Below, one piece after another: positions 42,586-51,565 of a DNA stretch of 64,000 nt. The notes beneath the pieces are model-generated. The model searched no databases, was not told the origin of the DNA, and saw only the letters and a program-made list of their open reading frames with translations. Source of the DNA: Calditrichia bacterium. Its GTDB lineage: Bacteria > Calditrichota > Calditrichia > JAJRVZ01. The stretch is taken from positions 64,001 to 128,000 of the forward strand of contig CAVZSQ010000015.1 of the NCBI GenBank assembly GCA_963777955.1. The letters run 5' to 3'. Each line of letters begins with the position of its first letter. The stretch's first letter is position 1. The position numbers and the translations under genes were made by a program.

Positions 42586-43842
42586 TCAGTAGATCAAGTA
42601 TTTTTCGCGTATGGAGATAAATTTAGTTAAATCTTCCTGCCATGATTTTTCAATTTCGCTGACCGGAATTTTTTCTTTTAGCATTTTAGTAATTTTGTCC
42701 GTACCGAGCACTTTATTGAACATATCTACACGATCCGCTTTGGCAAATAGATCCTGGTCTGGGTATAATTTTATAAGTGTCTGCAAGATATATAACCCGG
42801 TAACATAGGGGGAAAAATGTTTGGTATCGGTTAGATGCAATTGTACACCCTGGCAGATCTGTCCGGCATAGGTCAGATAAAATGGTTTAAAATACAAAGG
42901 CCGGAAATGAACTCCTTTAAGCTGCAATAAATTCAACCTACCCGCAAATTCGACTCCATCAATCCAGGGTGCACCGAGCAACTCAAAAGGGGAGGTATAG
43001 CCGACTCCGTTCGAAAATGTGTATAATTCACCCAATGGTCCGGTGGCAACCATATACAGAGCGGTTTCCCAGTTCGGAATGTGAGGCGAAGTCGGTACCC
43101 AGTTGAGTCCGGTTTCGTCCCAGTACATCGATCGCTTCCAGCCCCGCATTGGCACGACCTGCAATTCGCAATGGATTCCGTATTCTTCATTGAATAAGCG
43201 GGCTAACTCGCCTATGGTCATACCATGCCGGTAGGGGATCGGATACATGCCCACGAAAGAGAAAAATTCCGGTTCGGCGGGATTGCCTTCAACCTGCAGC
43301 CCGCCGATAGGATTAGGCCGGTCCAGGACGATTACTTTTATATTATGTTCAGCAGCAGCAGACATCACTTTCGCCATGGTGTAGATAAAAGTATAACCCC
43401 GCAAGCCGATATCCTGGATGTCTACCAGAATAACATCGACATTTTCCATAGCTTCCCGGGTTGGTTTTAATCTGCTACCGTACAAACTGTAAACCGGCAG
43501 ACCGGTTAAAGAATCTGTTAAATCCGTAACTTTTTCTCCGGCGTAACTGGCACCGCGGATACCGTGTTCCGGGGCAAAGTAAGCAGTGAGATTGATATTC
43601 TTATGCTGAAATAACAGATCGGCCGTAGCCTGCAAATCTCTGTTCACACCGCTGGGATTGGTTAATAATCCCACTCGTTTACCTGACACCTGGGTCAGAT
43701 AGTGTTCTAAAAAGTTATCTATGCCGAGCAGCAGTGTGTCGGCCTTGGCAGGTGGTGGGGTAAAGGGTAAAGCAGATTTAACTTGCGGCCGGCAGGCGGC
43801 TAACAAAAGTAAAAAAAAAATCTGATAAAAGTATCGCAACAT
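42586..43842 (-). CDS. namZ: Exo-beta-N-acetylmuramidase NamZ (DUF1343/YbbC), lipoprotein
   Basis: Lipobox LAAC; VGLLTNPSG, FAPEHGIRG, SLYG, DIQDIG, VLDRPNP, HGMTIGELA, WVPTSP. Confidence 0.9.
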   Translation of the reverse strand: MLRYFYQIFFLLLLAACRPQVKSALPFTPPPAKADTLLLGIDNFLEHYLTQVSGKRVGLLTNPSGVNRDLQATADLLFQHKNINLTAYFAPEHGIRGASYAGEKVTDLTDSLTGLPVYSLYGSRLKPTREAMENVDVILVDIQDIGLRGYTFIYTMAKVMSAAAEHNIKVIVLDRPNPIGGLQVEGNPAEPEFFSFVGMYPIPYRHGMTIGELARLFNEEYGIHCELQVVPMRGWKRSMYWDETGLNWVPTSPHIPNWETALYMVATGPLGELYTFSNGVGYTSPFELLGAPWIDGVEFAGRLNLLQLKGVHFRPLYFKPFYLTYAGQICQGVQLHLTDTKHFSPYVTGLYILQTLIKLYPDQDLFAKADRVDMFNKVLGTDKITKMLKEKIPVSEIEKSWQEDLTKFISIREKYLIY

Positions 43843-44136
43843 TTCCGCTTCTCGCTTCTGCAGGAGGTCCAGATTGACTGGCTCAAAAATACTGATTGAG
43901 ATAACTATATTCAAATATAAAATATAACGGCAGCAGGGATCAAGGTCCTGCCTGCTATCATGCCGGTTCGACTTTCGCTATAAATTAATATTTCTAAAAA
44001 AGAGTATTTTTTATTAAAATATCACAATTTTCAGGTATCTTTCAGAATACCGATTCTAAAGGCAATACATTGTATATTCATAAGAAATCTAATTGAATTG
44101 ATGTTATTTTATTAATTTTCAGGGAGAACAGTGACT

Positions 44137-44304
44137 ATGCCAATCTATGATTATCAATGCCAGGGGTGCAAAAAGAAATTTACCGTAGAAATGACTGTGG
44201 AAAAGTACAGTAAAGGTCCGCGGGTGAGTTGCCCTAAATGTAAAAACAAAAAAGTACAACGGATTTTTTCCAATGTATCGGTAATCACGTCAAAAAAGAG
44301 TTGA
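44137..44304 (+). CDS. FmdB-family zinc-ribbon protein (55 aa; not in the ORF track)
   Basis: MPIYDYQCQGC...CPKC...SVITSKKS; SD GGGAG upstream. Confidence 0.85.
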   Translation: MPIYDYQCQGCKKKFTVEMTVEKYSKGPRVSCPKCKNKKVQRIFSNVSVITSKKS

Positions 44305-44325
44305 AAGGCTTGATTTGGTGATAAA

Positions 44326-45729
44326 ATGCAGAAAATCGAAGAGGTTTTTGCCAGACAACAGTCATACCGTGAGCAATCGGGTCAACCGGATTATGCCAGG
44401 CGCGTTAAGGTCCTTAAAAAATTAAAACGCTGGATTCTCGACAATCGTACTGCCATATGCTCCACGCTTCATGCAGATTTTGAAAAACCTGTTCCGGAAA
44501 CAGAGGGGATGGAAATTTATCCTGTACTGTCCGAAATCAACCACACGCTGCGCCATCTTAAGCGCTGGATGCGCCCGCGTAAAGTCAGACGCCTGTTAAC
44601 CCTGTTTACGGCCAGGGGGTATGTGCAATATGAGCCCAAGGGAATTGTGCTGATCATTGCTCCCTGGAATTATCCCTTCATGCTGACCGTTGAACCGCTG
44701 ATCTCGGCCCTGGCGGCCGGGAACAGTGTCATGATCAAACCTTCCGAGCTGGCACCGCACACTTCCGGTTTGATCAAGAATATGATCACTGAAATATTTG
44801 AAGAACATGAAGTAGCCGTATTCGAAGGGGATAAACAGGTGGCGATTGAACTTTTGAAACAGCCCTTTGATCATGTTTTTTTCACCGGCAGTACCAATGT
44901 CGGCAAACTGGTCATGCAGGCAGCGGCCGAAAATCTTACTTCGGTCACGCTGGAGTTAGGGGGCAAGAGTCCGGTGATTGTCGATGAAAGTGCCGATCTG
45001 GCCGATGCGGCTGCCAAGATTACCTGGGGCAAGTTTTGCAACAGCGGACAGTCCTGCATTGCTCCTGATTATGTCTTTATCCATCATACCCGTTTTGATA
45101 AATTTATCAGCGCAATGCGCCAGGCGATTCATAACGTTTACGGCGATTCCACGCCCAGGCAAAAACATTGTCCCGATTATGCCCGCATGGTCAATGAGGT
45201 GCATGTACAGCGTATGAAAAATATCAGGGACAGTTGTCTGCAGCTGGGGGGTAAAATTGAAATCGGCGGGGAGATCGATGTGGATGAGAATTTTGTAGCG
45301 CCGACAGTGTTGAGCGGTGTCGATAAAAATTGCCGCATCATGCAGGAGGAGATTTTCGGGCCGCTGCTGCCGGTTTTTACGTACCGTGATTTACGTGAAC
45401 CATTACGTTACATTAATTCTAAAGATAAACCGCTGGCATTATACATTTTCAGTCGTAATAAAAAGAACATTCAGACTATTTTGCACAGTACTTCAGCCGG
45501 CGGCAGTTGTATCAACGATGTGGTGGTGCATTACATCCAGATCAATCTTCCTTTTGGCGGAGTACGGCACAGCGGTATCGGCAGTGCTCATGGTCTGTAC
45601 GGTTTCCGGGCTTTTTCGCATGAGCGGGCGGTGATGCACAATACCTGGTACAGTCCGATCAAATTAATGTATCCGCCTTATACCAAACGCACTAAAAAAC
45701 TGATCGATTTGCTGATAAAATATTTTTAA
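44326..45729 (+). CDS. Aldehyde dehydrogenase (ALDH3/CalB-like)
   Basis: PWNYP, KPSE, FTGS, LELGGKSP, GQSCIAPDY, EEIFGP, PFGGV. Confidence 0.95.
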   Translation: MQKIEEVFARQQSYREQSGQPDYARRVKVLKKLKRWILDNRTAICSTLHADFEKPVPETEGMEIYPVLSEINHTLRHLKRWMRPRKVRRLLTLFTARGYVQYEPKGIVLIIAPWNYPFMLTVEPLISALAAGNSVMIKPSELAPHTSGLIKNMITEIFEEHEVAVFEGDKQVAIELLKQPFDHVFFTGSTNVGKLVMQAAAENLTSVTLELGGKSPVIVDESADLADAAAKITWGKFCNSGQSCIAPDYVFIHHTRFDKFISAMRQAIHNVYGDSTPRQKHCPDYARMVNEVHVQRMKNIRDSCLQLGGKIEIGGEIDVDENFVAPTVLSGVDKNCRIMQEEIFGPLLPVFTYRDLREPLRYINSKDKPLALYIFSRNKKNIQTILHSTSAGGSCINDVVVHYIQINLPFGGVRHSGIGSAHGLYGFRAFSHERAVMHNTWYSPIKLMYPPYTKRTKKLIDLLIKYF

Positions 45730-45794
45730 GACTAATTTTTATTAATTCCGGTCAGGATAATAGAGTTGGAATCATTGGTGAGTATATACAGAAC

Positions 45795-46100
45795 ATGTCT
45801 GAAATTGAAAATTATCTTTTTGCTGTCTTTTATATGCTGGGATCGATATTCTCATATTGGGTTTTACCATATTTAATCATTCAAGTAAAATATAGAAAAA
45901 AAGTAGAAAAATCGCTTAAGTATCTTTTTTATAGGGATTTATTATGGCCATTTTTAAGCAGAAATTATAATGTCGTACAACAATATTGCACGGCTGATGA
46001 GATGCATGACATTATTTGGCTATTAAAATATGGACGTTGGATATACCTGATATCTTTCTTTATTTTAAGTATAGTAATTTTTATTGTATTATTCAGGTAG
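45795..46100 (+). CDS. Small AT-rich hypothetical membrane protein
   Basis: 101-aa ORF with two hydrophobic segments; visibly more AT-rich than neighbours. Confidence 0.5.
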   Translation: MSEIENYLFAVFYMLGSIFSYWVLPYLIIQVKYRKKVEKSLKYLFYRDLLWPFLSRNYNVVQQYCTADEMHDIIWLLKYGRWIYLISFFILSIVIFIVLFR

Positions 46101-46180
46101 GAAAAAACCTAATTATATGCCTATAAATATTTAAATGCAAGCAGTTCATTCAAAGCGCATAAAAACTTATGGGGTGTGAA

Positions 46181-46582
46181 ATGACCTTGGAAAAAGTATC
46201 TGAAGTTTTTGTGGTATTGGAAGATCGTCCCGGCAGTATCGGCGAATTATGCCGGGTTTTAAAGAAGAAGGGGATAAATATTCTGGGCATTGGTGTTTTT
46301 TTTGATACGGCCCGTTTGCATGTTGACAATACATCCAAAGCGATCCAGGTTTTAAAGGAGTATGATTATCAGACCGAAGAACGGGAGGTATTGCGGGTGA
46401 CCATGCCGAACAAGCCCGGGATGTTGTCGCACTTGACGGAAAAGTTGGGCAAAGCCGGTATTAATATTAAGTATTTATACAGCACGTTGACTAATGAGCA
46501 GAGCAACGCCATAGTCATTTTAGAAGTGGACCAGCTGCAACTGGCGGTGGATATTTTCACGGAGCATGGCGACGGTGGTTGA
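46181..46582 (+). CDS. Tandem ACT-domain protein
   Basis: LEDRPGSIGEL...GINI and PNKPGML...AGINIKYLY. Confidence 0.85.
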   Translation: MTLEKVSEVFVVLEDRPGSIGELCRVLKKKGINILGIGVFFDTARLHVDNTSKAIQVLKEYDYQTEEREVLRVTMPNKPGMLSHLTEKLGKAGINIKYLYSTLTNEQSNAIVILEVDQLQLAVDIFTEHGDGG

Positions 46583-46584
46583 TT

Positions 46585-46646
46585 AACCCTCCCCAAGCCC
46601 CTCCCTATCAGCCAGGAGGCTGATAGGGAGGGGTAAGGGGTGGGTT
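46585..46646. repeat. C-rich/G-rich hairpin repeat, copy 1
   Basis: AACCCTCCCCAAGCCCCTCCC-TATCAGCC-AGGA-GGCTGATA-GGGAGGGGTAAGGGGTGGGTT. Confidence 0.85.
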
Positions 46647-46675
46647 GTACAATTCATGGGCAGAATGGGGTGAAA

Positions 46676-47719
46676 ATGTCGGGCAGAAAATTATTGAATT
46701 GTGCGGTCTGGCTGAATTTAATATTCATTTTTTTAATTCTGCTTCTCGTTTTCTCCCCAGGGTGTCAGGGGGACTGGCCCACGGATCAGAGACGAAGTGA
46801 TCAGGTAAAAACCCTGAGCAGCCTGCAAAAGATAAACGATTATCCGTTTTATACCTTGACCTACTACGGCGACTATGGTTTTAGGGAATTATCTGAAATA
46901 CTGGCAGGATGCCTTCATCCTTCGCCGCAGTAAAATCAGCAAATAATAAATATGCCTGCACCTGTTTTGCCGCCATGGGCTCCGATTCCTGCCGGTTGTT
47001 CGGCCGGAATTTTGACTGGACAACTCATATCGCTTTATTGCTGTTCACCGATCCGCCGGATGGTTATGCTTCGGTTTCCATGATTGACCTGGAACATGCC
47101 GGATATTCGGATACCAATACTCCCGATGCCTGGACTAATCGATACAATCTTCTGCAGGCTCCGTTTTTACCCATGGATGGCCTGAATGAAAAAGGTCTGG
47201 CGGTCGCTATCATGGCGGTTCCACAGGCCGCAGCACCACTATGTTCCGGGTAGAGTCACTCTTTATACAGCATTTGTGGTCAGGCTGTTACTGGATTATG
47301 CCGCAAACGTCGCAGAAGCCATTGAATTGATCGATGACTATAATATCAGTTTTGCTACAGGTACTCCCTGTCATTTTCTGGTTGCAGACTCCAGCGGTCA
47401 CACAGCAATTATTGAATTTATTGACGGTACCAAGCAGGTTACCCGGCCGGACGAGCAGTGGCAGGTTTGTACAAATTTTATTGTTCATGGTTCACAGGCT
47501 CCTGATAGCGTGACCTGCTGGCGGTATAATACTGCCTATGATCTATTAAGCGGCGATGGGGGAAATGTAGACCAAGACAGAGCCATGTATGTGCTGAGTC
47601 GGGTTGTGCAAGGACAACCTTATCATACCATGTGGTCGATGGTCTATAATCTGAAAACACTGGGGGTGGATGTAGTGATAAATGCGGAGTTTCAGGTGAA
47701 ATATCATTTTCAATTATAG
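46676..47719 (+). CDS. Ntn-hydrolase lipoprotein (C45/choloylglycine hydrolase-like); two apparent frameshifts
   Basis: Lipobox SPGC; ACTCF, GRNFDW, DGLNEKGL, RLLLDYA, HFLVAD, TNF, TMWSMVYN across three ORFs. Confidence 0.8.
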
Positions 47720-47882
47720 GGTAAATGGTAAAGTCGGAGGCATGGCGCAAGCCAGGCCGTAGATCTGCCGGTAAGGCAGAGGAAAAGGGTAAAGGGTGTT
47801 GAATATGGGTAAAGTCAACCCTGATGGAACAATATGGGATGCAGGAGTGAATATACTTAAGTAAGAAAAGAAAGATAATAAA

Positions 47883-48383
47883 ATGTCAAAATACTCAGTA
47901 GCATTGAAGAATGATCTTGCAGACAATATCCGGGAAGCGATTAAATATTATGAAGAATCAATTACTTTTGGTGAAAATATTGCTGATGCTTATAAAAATT
48001 TAGCATTTATCTATTGGATTTTAATAAATGATTATGGTTTTGTTACTGAACATAAATTTAATCCACAAGAAGATTTATTTGACAAAGCATTCACTGGATG
48101 GAAATATATTTTAGAAATTGGTAAAGAAAAATTTCCCAATGATATTGAATTTGATTTTTGGTTAAAATATATGTCACATATAATGAATGGCGAACAATTC
48201 ACCCCGGATGAATGTGCTGATCTATTAAGAAAGGATAATACTAATTTAATTCCTTATTTCTTTTTGCAGCAGTACATAAGGCAATTTGAAGATAAAATAA
48301 TTTCATTAAAAAAAGTGTTATTAAATTCACCAACTCAAAAAAATAAATATATCTTATCAATTATAACTGCAGCATTATATTGA
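47883..48383 (+). CDS. AT-rich hypothetical helical (TPR-like) protein
   Basis: 166-aa ORF; EAIKYYEESI...ADAYKNLAFIY TPR-like start. Confidence 0.6.
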   Translation: MSKYSVALKNDLADNIREAIKYYEESITFGENIADAYKNLAFIYWILINDYGFVTEHKFNPQEDLFDKAFTGWKYILEIGKEKFPNDIEFDFWLKYMSHIMNGEQFTPDECADLLRKDNTNLIPYFFLQQYIRQFEDKIISLKKVLLNSPTQKNKYILSIITAALY

Positions 48384-48511
48384 TGTAATATAAATATTTC
48401 TAAAAGGATGAAAAGATATGGGGTCGAATCAGAAGTGTTTATTATTTTTTAGTGTCTTGATATTGTACCGGAAACTAAACAGTTTGAAAATTGATTTCTC
48501 CCGGTTTATTT

Positions 48512-48657
48512 ATGCAGTCAAAATTAATTATTGAAAATTGGCGGGTCGATTACAATTGTAATCGACCACATAGTTCTCTGAATTATTTAACACCACAGCA
48601 GTTTAAACAACAGGAAATACTCTCAGATCGAGTTGTCCAATAAAAGGGAGAAGGTCA
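48512..48657 (+). mobile_element. IS3-family remnant: transposase C-terminus and right end
   Basis: Translates IENWRVDYNCNRPHSSLNYLTP; ends GTCCAATAAAAGGGAGAAGGTCA. Confidence 0.75.
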
Positions 48658-48667
48658 GTTGTATTCC

Positions 48668-49030
48668 ATGTCTATATTTAATCAAATTAAAGCAAACATT
48701 AAATTAATTATTGGCAGTTCTATTATTATTGTAGTAATGATACTTGCTGATTTATTCTCAGATTCAAGTAAAAATATATGGCAAGATTTTTATGATGCCT
48801 CATTTTCTAATATTGTTGATTCCGTACGTGTTGGCTATAGAACTCACAGGATTTTAGTTAATAATAAATGGTATGAAATTGATGCGTATGATTACACTGA
48901 CTTTATTACATTCGTATCTAAAGGAGATAGTATATACAAAAAAAGTAAGAAGTGGGATATTATTGTGATGAAAAAAAGTGGAAATCAATGGCTACAAAAA
49001 TATTTTAAAGGAGAAGAATATAATTATTGA
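48668..49030 (+). CDS. AT-rich hypothetical membrane-anchored protein
   Basis: N-terminal TM helix; KGDSIYK motif. Confidence 0.55.
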   Translation: MSIFNQIKANIKLIIGSSIIIVVMILADLFSDSSKNIWQDFYDASFSNIVDSVRVGYRTHRILVNNKWYEIDAYDYTDFITFVSKGDSIYKKSKKWDIIVMKKSGNQWLQKYFKGEEYNY

Positions 49031-49043
49031 ATAAAGATTTAAT

Positions 49044-49724
49044 TGTGATACTTCAGACCCTGCCGAACAATTTTACTATTTACTTAAGAGCGATCGTAAT
49101 CTTTCATAAGGTGTTTTTCCATCAAATGCTCCATGCGGTCGGTTGAAGTCATAAAACTGTTCCCAACTTTCCAATTTATTATTTAAATCAACATCGTCTG
49201 TATAGGTTAATAACTGATAAAATTCTTCCTGATCGATGCGATGAGATCTTTCAACTTTACCATTCAGGTTTGGTGAATGTGGCTTAATATAAATATGTCT
49301 CATTCCTTTATCTTCGACATGCCAGTGAAATCGGGCCTGAAATTCATGTCTGCGATCGGTTCTAATCGTATGAATCCGGAATGGGAATTTGCTCTCTACG
49401 TGATCGATAAAATCTATGGCGTTTTTCTGGTTATGTTCTGCATATATTTTTAACGTTCTAATTCTGGTGGCATCATCAACCGCCGTATACTGAAAACGTT
49501 TGATCCTGTTTCCTAAAGGATCGTTAAGTGTAATAAATTTAACATCTACCTGGACATGATGACTTCGTACGTCTTTATGGTAACGCTTCATGTGGAGTGT
49601 CCTTTTTGAAGCGGTTTTAGGTAGTCGGTTAATTTTATATTTCACCAGCGTTCGTGTAATACTGGATTCATAAATGATGATATTATGGTACCGCTCAAGA
49701 TAGTACTTAATTTTTTAGAACCGA
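49044..49724 (-). mobile_element. IS481-family transposase fragment (5'-truncated)
   Basis: VQVDVKF, YTAVDDATR, IRTD..HEF, NGKVERSHR, RPHG...GKTPYE; TGT end at 49044. Confidence 0.8.
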
Positions 49725-49875
49725 TGACCTTTCCCCCGAAAACTGGACGGTTTGAATTTGGAGTTCTCCTGTTTAAATTAGCCCAAGAAAGGAGAGCATC
49801 TCATGAAGAGCTGGTATATTACACTCCTTTAGGAGGAGACACGAAACAGGTTGAGATATACCAGGGGGTGGGTCA
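49725..49875 (+). mobile_element. IS3-like left end or internally deleted mini-element
   Basis: Begins TGACCTTTCCCCCGAAAACTGGAC (similar to the reverse complement of the 48657 end); SD and ATG follow; ends GGGGTGGGTCA. Confidence 0.55.
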
Positions 49876-50146
49876 CTCCAAATTCCTTTTTCCCCTTTTC
49901 TCATTACCCATTACCCTCCAAACTTTCGTTATTATTTTTATACCTAAATATATAAATAACAAGGTTATACCTCCCTCAAAAATGGTACTATCTTTTTGTT
50001 GACATGCAATTCTTCATGCGTAAATTGAAGGCGAGTATGTCCAAAACTTGTCATTTTCTGTCAAACGGAATTTACTTTTTACCAAAAACTGAATCAAAAT
50101 TCCTCATGATGATCAATATATAAGCGCAACCGAAATAAAGACTACT

Positions 50147-50210
50147 TAACCCTCCCCACACCCTCCCTTTTCCGGCAGCTGCCGGAAAGGGAGGGGCAGG
50201 GGGTGGGTTA
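50147..50210. repeat. C-rich/G-rich hairpin repeat, copy 2
   Basis: TAACCCTCCCCACACCCTCCCT-TTTCCGGCA-GC-TGCCGGAAA-GGGAGGGGCAGGGGGTGGGTTA. Confidence 0.85.
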
Positions 50211-50227
50211 TTAACTTTTCATTTATT

Positions 50228-50258
50228 TATACATATTAATGTATATATTTATATACAT
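50228..50258. promoter_or_regulatory. Putative antitoxin operator
   Basis: Overlapping palindromes TATACAT-N4-ATGTATA and ATGTATAT-N4-ATATACAT just upstream of the RHH gene. Confidence 0.5.
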
Positions 50259-50288
50259 AATTTTATGGATAAATATGAGGGTTGTAAT

Positions 50289-50516
50289 ATGAAAACTATC
50301 CAAATGACTATCGATGAAAAACTATTGGATAAGGTTGATCGGACCAGTAAAAAATTAAAGAAGACGCGCTCCGAGTTAATCCGAGTATCTTTAAAAAAAA
50401 TGCTGCATGAATTAAGCGTAAGGGAGATGGAAAATAAGCACCGGGCAGGTTATCAAAAGAAGCCTGTGCAAGATGCTGAATTTGATCTCTGGGAAGACGA
50501 GCAGGTATGGCTATGA
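50289..50516 (+). CDS. Ribbon-helix-helix (CopG-like) antitoxin
   Basis: MKTIQMTIDEKLL..VD...TRSELIR; acidic tail; stop overlaps the toxin start. Confidence 0.85.
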   Translation: MKTIQMTIDEKLLDKVDRTSKKLKKTRSELIRVSLKKMLHELSVREMENKHRAGYQKKPVQDAEFDLWEDEQVWL

Positions 50517-50833
50517 GAATAGAACGCGGAGAGGTTCGCTGGTATACTTTTAACCCGCCCGATAAAAAACGGCCAGTTGTTATCCTAACCCGTGATTCGG
50601 CGATAGATTATTTAGGAGAATTGACTATCGCTCCCATTACTTCTACCATAAGATCAATACCGACTGAAGTAATTCTGAATGAAAAAGATGGAATGCAGAA
50701 TACGTGCGCAATTAACCTGGATCATATTCAGACAGTATCGAAAAATAAAATAGATAAGCTGATAACCAGACTGTCTCCGGCCCGGTTAAGGGAAATTAAA
50801 ATTGCTGCAAATTTTGCGCTGGGATTTGATTAA
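50513..50833 (+). CDS. mazF: PemK/MazF-family toxin
   Basis: RGEV, KKRPVVILT, IAPITSTIR, INLDHIQTVSK. Confidence 0.9.
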   Translation: MRIERGEVRWYTFNPPDKKRPVVILTRDSAIDYLGELTIAPITSTIRSIPTEVILNEKDGMQNTCAINLDHIQTVSKNKIDKLITRLSPARLREIKIAANFALGFD

Positions 50834-50837
50834 TAAC

Positions 50838-50906
50838 GACCCTCCCCAGCCCCCTCCCTGTCCCCTCGACTTCGCTCGGGGACCGGAAAGGGGTAGGGGG
50901 TGGGTC
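50838..50906. repeat. C-rich/G-rich hairpin repeat, copy 3
   Basis: GACCCTCCCCAGCCCCCTCCC-TGTCCCCTCGACTTCGCTCGGGGACC-GGAAAGGGGTAGGGGGTGGGTC. Confidence 0.8.
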
Positions 50907-50989
50907 ATGAACGAGGATACTTTTATTTGTGAAATTGTATCCGGTATAATGAATCAGTATATTCAAAAAGGTCTAAAAAGGTGGTTTAT

Positions 50990-51208
50990 ATGGAATATAC
51001 ATTTACAGCGATATTTAAAAAGGTGAAGGAAGGATATGTAGGATATCTGGCGGAATTACCCGGGGCCAATACTCAGGGAAAAACTATTGAAGAAACCAGG
51101 GAGAATCTGAAAGAGGCTGTGGCTATGGTGCTGCAGGCTAATCGTGAACTTGCCGAACGTAATAGCGATGCTCAGGCCATTCGTGAATCGATTAAAGTTA
51201 TTGCCTGA
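50990..51208 (+). CDS. hicB: HicB-family antitoxin (short form)
   Basis: GYVGYLAELPGANTQGKTIEETRENLKEA. Confidence 0.9.
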   Translation: MEYTFTAIFKKVKEGYVGYLAELPGANTQGKTIEETRENLKEAVAMVLQANRELAERNSDAQAIRESIKVIA

Positions 51209-51396
51209 TGAAACGGAAAAAATTAGTTGATCATCTCAGGCAAAAAGGATGTGTTCAATATCGTGAAGGAAAGAAGCATACACTTTTTATAAATCCCGGC
51301 ACCAGTAAGATCACTACTATCCCCCGTCATAACGAAATTAATGATTTTCTTGCCGAAAAAATCTGTAAAGATCTGGATATCGAATGCCCAGATTAA
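51208..51396 (+). CDS. hicA: HicA-family toxin
   Basis: REGKKH, TIPRHNEI, KICKDL; dsRBD-like HicA pattern. Confidence 0.88.
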   Translation: MKRKKLVDHLRQKGCVQYREGKKHTLFINPGTSKITTIPRHNEINDFLAEKICKDLDIECPD

Positions 51397-51477
51397 TCTT
51401 GATGCTCGTCAGGTAAGAAATCGTAATATTATCCAGTGTATTTTTTTATATGCAAAAATTCGAAGACTACGGTATCT

Positions 51478-51565
51478 AATCCTTCTCACACCCCTCCCTT
51501 TCAGTCTCTTGACTGAAAGGGAGGGGCAGGGGGTGGGTTGGTCAGGGAGGGGACGCGGGGTGGTT
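51478..51565. repeat. C-rich/G-rich hairpin repeat, copy 4, plus an extra G-rich half copy
   Basis: AATCCTTCTCACACCCCTCCC-TTTCAGTC-TCTT-GACTGAAA-GGGAGGGGCAGGGGGTGGGTT, then GGGAGGGGACGCGGGGTGGTT. Confidence 0.8.

Noticed and set aside
46585..51539. Hairpin repeats as a CRISPR array or canonical integron attC sites
   Set aside because: Spacing is irregular (0.6-3.5 kb) with whole genes between copies and no cas genes. Only copy 2 has RYYYAAC, none has a full GTTRRRY or the L-box bulge geometry, and there is no intI in the window.
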